From Chitinophagaceae bacterium (GTDB lineage Bacteria > Bacteroidota > Bacteroidia > Chitinophagales > Chitinophagaceae): a stretch of 64,000 bases of DNA. Location of the stretch: positions 4,887 through 68,886 of the forward strand of contig JBEVKW010000172.1 in assembly GCA_040509495.1 (NCBI GenBank). Direction: 5' to 3'. A model generated the notes under the pieces. The model had not been told where the DNA came from. It did no database searches and saw only the letters and a list, made by a program, of their open reading frames with translations. Below, in pieces: positions 62,277 through 64,000 of this stretch. The first letter of the stretch is position 1; every line of letters begins with the position of its first letter. The position numbers were made by a program, and so were the translations under genes.

Positions 62277-64000
62277 TTAATATTCCACTACGAGCATATC
62301 CCAATAGAGAATGGATGGAAGCGTAAAAGAAACTTCATTTCCTGATTGCACAAACTGTAACGGTTTCGCCACACCACGATCAGCATCCGGCGAAGCAAGC
62401 CAGATCTTTTTAACAGAGCCTGTAGCCGTAAAGCGGATCGCAACATCTTCCACCAAAGATGGTTTTAACTGTGTGCCATCCGTGTCACGCCAGTTAGTGG
62501 AGTTCGCGTTAGAGAAATTCAGCAGATGAAAGATCTGACGGTTGCCGATCAGTTTTCCCTGTACCGCCACTTTACCTGCAGCAGCAGGCCAGTTCTCCAG
62601 CGAAAGTTTTCCATTGGTACAGCTGATCGCGGGTTGATTAAAAGTTCCGCCATCGCGCAATAGGTTTTCATAGGCAACAAGGAAATCATAATAGCTTATC
62701 AGCGATGTCTTTAATTCATCAGGCATCTGCAGGTTATTATTCGGGAAATATTCTTTCCCCAGCATATGCTCGCCCAGCTCCAAATGCGAACCGCCGAATG
62801 CAAAGATCACGGCATCGGCCATTAAAACCGCAGGCGTATTGAACATTCCCGGGTTGTTCGCCTTATTGTAATTTATGTAAGCAGCAAGCACCGTCTTCTT
62901 TGCATTGTTGCCATAGAAATCATTGTTGCGGATAATGTTCGCCAGATCCTCGAAGCGTTCATTTGGGCCCCATACTTCAGTATACAGAAAATCTACGGGC
63001 GATTGGGAGATACTTGTTTGTTGGCCATATTGATTCACGGCGTTCATCACCAGTCGTTTTGTTGGTGCAGCGGCTTTCATTGCATCAAGGAACGGTTTGA
63101 ACGTTGCTGCCTGGTTGATCGATTGACCACTGAAATTATACAAACTGCCACGATCGCCTAATGCATCCACATGATAACCGTCAAAATCAAGTGCGGTGTA
63201 TACATCCTTGTTCTTTGCCGCGATATAATTCTGCCAGCCCGTATTTCCCGCATCTAGCACGTAGATATCGCTCTTGAAAAAAGGTTTGGGTAATTCATGT
63301 TTATCTTTCGTTCCATGATTCGCATCTTTGAACGCGTACCATTCTTCATTGACACCATCCGCCGCTGCATCACTCAGGGCACCGAATGCAAGATTATAGA
63401 ACATCGACTTCATGTTCGCCGCATGTCCTTTCCCGATGTACTTCTTAAGAGTTGAAAGATATACATCCTTATTGGCGATCTCCTTCCAGCTGCTTTGCGG
63501 CGCCGCACCTGTACCAGCCATTGGCCAGTGATGCTTGTACAACCAGTCGTAATATTGCAGACCATTGATATGATGTCTTGAAAGGTTCTTCACCACTTTA
63601 TTTATTTCATCATCGCTCAACTGGCTGAAGTTGGTGAGAAATCCATAACGCGGAAACCTGGCCCAGTCCGAAGAAACATCCACACCAATGCTGGCATGCA
63701 CTTTTTCTTTTCCATCGGCCACTTCGTAAAGGTCAACCATGTAGCCGGTGTAATCTGCTGAAGGTGCCGTCCAGCTCCAGTTTGTTCCAGACAGCGTGGT
63801 TTCAGTGATCGTCTCACTAAAATGGCGGTAACGGATCTTTATATTTCCTGCAAGTGCTTTGTTCAGCGTGAACAAAACCTGTTCACCCGGCTTATACATT
63901 GCTTTGTCTGTGTAAATGGTCAGCGAAAAGGAAGAGCCATATGTAACCGGATCATTTTTCGGCTCCTCTCTGCGGCAACCAGGTACAATGCTACTAACCA
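62277..64000 (-). CDS. Glycoside hydrolase family 66-like (dextranase/cycloisomaltooligosaccharide glucanotransferase type). The 5' end runs off the right window edge.
   Basis: NGLQYYDWLYKHH and DFDGYHVDALGDRG resemble GH66 catalytic-region motifs. The frame upstream of the track start (63899) stays open to 64000 and reads ...LVSSIVPGCRREEPKNDP, a lipobox-like Cys, so the true start lies beyond the window. Confidence 0.7.
   Translation of the reverse strand, partial: VSSIVPGCRREEPKNDPVTYGSSFSLTIYTDKAMYKPGEQVLFTLNKALAGNIKIRYRHFSETITETTLSGTNWSWTAPSADYTGYMVDLYEVADGKEKVHASIGVDVSSDWARFPRYGFLTNFSQLSDDEINKVVKNLSRHHINGLQYYDWLYKHHWPMAGTGAAPQSSWKEIANKDVYLSTLKKYIGKGHAANMKSMFYNLAFGALSDAAADGVNEEWYAFKDANHGTKDKHELPKPFFKSDIYVLDAGNTGWQNYIAAKNKDVYTALDFDGYHVDALGDRGSLYNFSGQSINQAATFKPFLDAMKAAAPTKRLVMNAVNQYGQQTSISQSPVDFLYTEVWGPNERFEDLANIIRNNDFYGNNAKKTVLAAYINYNKANNPGMFNTPAVLMADAVIFAFGGSHLELGEHMLGKEYFPNNNLQMPDELKTSLISYYDFLVAYENLLRDGGTFNQPAISCTNGKLSLENWPAAAGKVAVQGKLIGNRQIFHLLNFSNANSTNWRDTDGTQLKPSLVEDVAIRFTATGSVKKIWLASPDADRGVAKPLQFVQSGNEVSFTLPSILYWDMLVVEY

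Overview
This 64-kb window looks like a chromosomal segment from a Bacteroidota genome, possibly Chitinophagaceae-like. That assignment is an inference from protein families, the lack of Shine-Dalgarno spacing and gene content. I call about 47 protein genes, mostly on the minus strand, and found no rRNA, tRNA or CRISPR.

Gene content from left to right:
- A large type I polyketide synthase gene (KS-AT-DH-ER...) runs off the left edge and is missing from the supplied ORF track. A UpxY/NusG-like antiterminator gene and a 1.4-kb AT-rich ORF-free region sit upstream of it.
- A membrane-tethered winged-helix regulator is followed by housekeeping or accessory enzymes: a beta-lactamase-fold hydrolase, a YceI/HxlR pair, a phosphodiesterase, an M28 peptidase, a patatin-Omp85 fusion and a DMT transporter.
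- Module 1 is a TPR/HisKA_2 sensor kinase plus a sigma54-dependent response regulator. It is followed by an operon of four alpha/beta hydrolases with an embedded AraC regulator, and then a secreted isochorismatase-like hydrolase.
- A RAYT (IS200-like Y1 transposase) gene is flanked by structured REP-like repeats. Next to it lie an orphan secreted protein and a duplicated fragment of the phosphodiesterase gene.
- A Tat-exported PaoABC-like molybdo-flavo-iron-sulfur oxidoreductase follows.
- Three small Crp/Fnr-centred gene groups each carry their own perfect or near-perfect palindromic candidate operator.
- Module 2 is a paralogous copy of module 1: kinase, sigma54 regulator, alpha/beta hydrolases, secreted isochorismatase, a decayed hydrolase and an alginate-export-type porin.
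- A GH66/GH31/(alpha/alpha)6 glycoside-hydrolase cluster (dextran or alpha-glucan type) runs off the right edge.

The observations I would look at again first:
- the duplicated sensor-kinase/sigma54/hydrolase modules of unknown function
- the NusG-paralog-plus-PKS arrangement
- the REP-RAYT locus, whose hairpins keep their structure through compensatory changes
- a second palindromic CGCAGAT-rich repeat family (three copies)
- an isolated GC-rich hairpin with 46-nt arms
- the regulator-specific palindromes

All identities are eye counts. No database search was possible.
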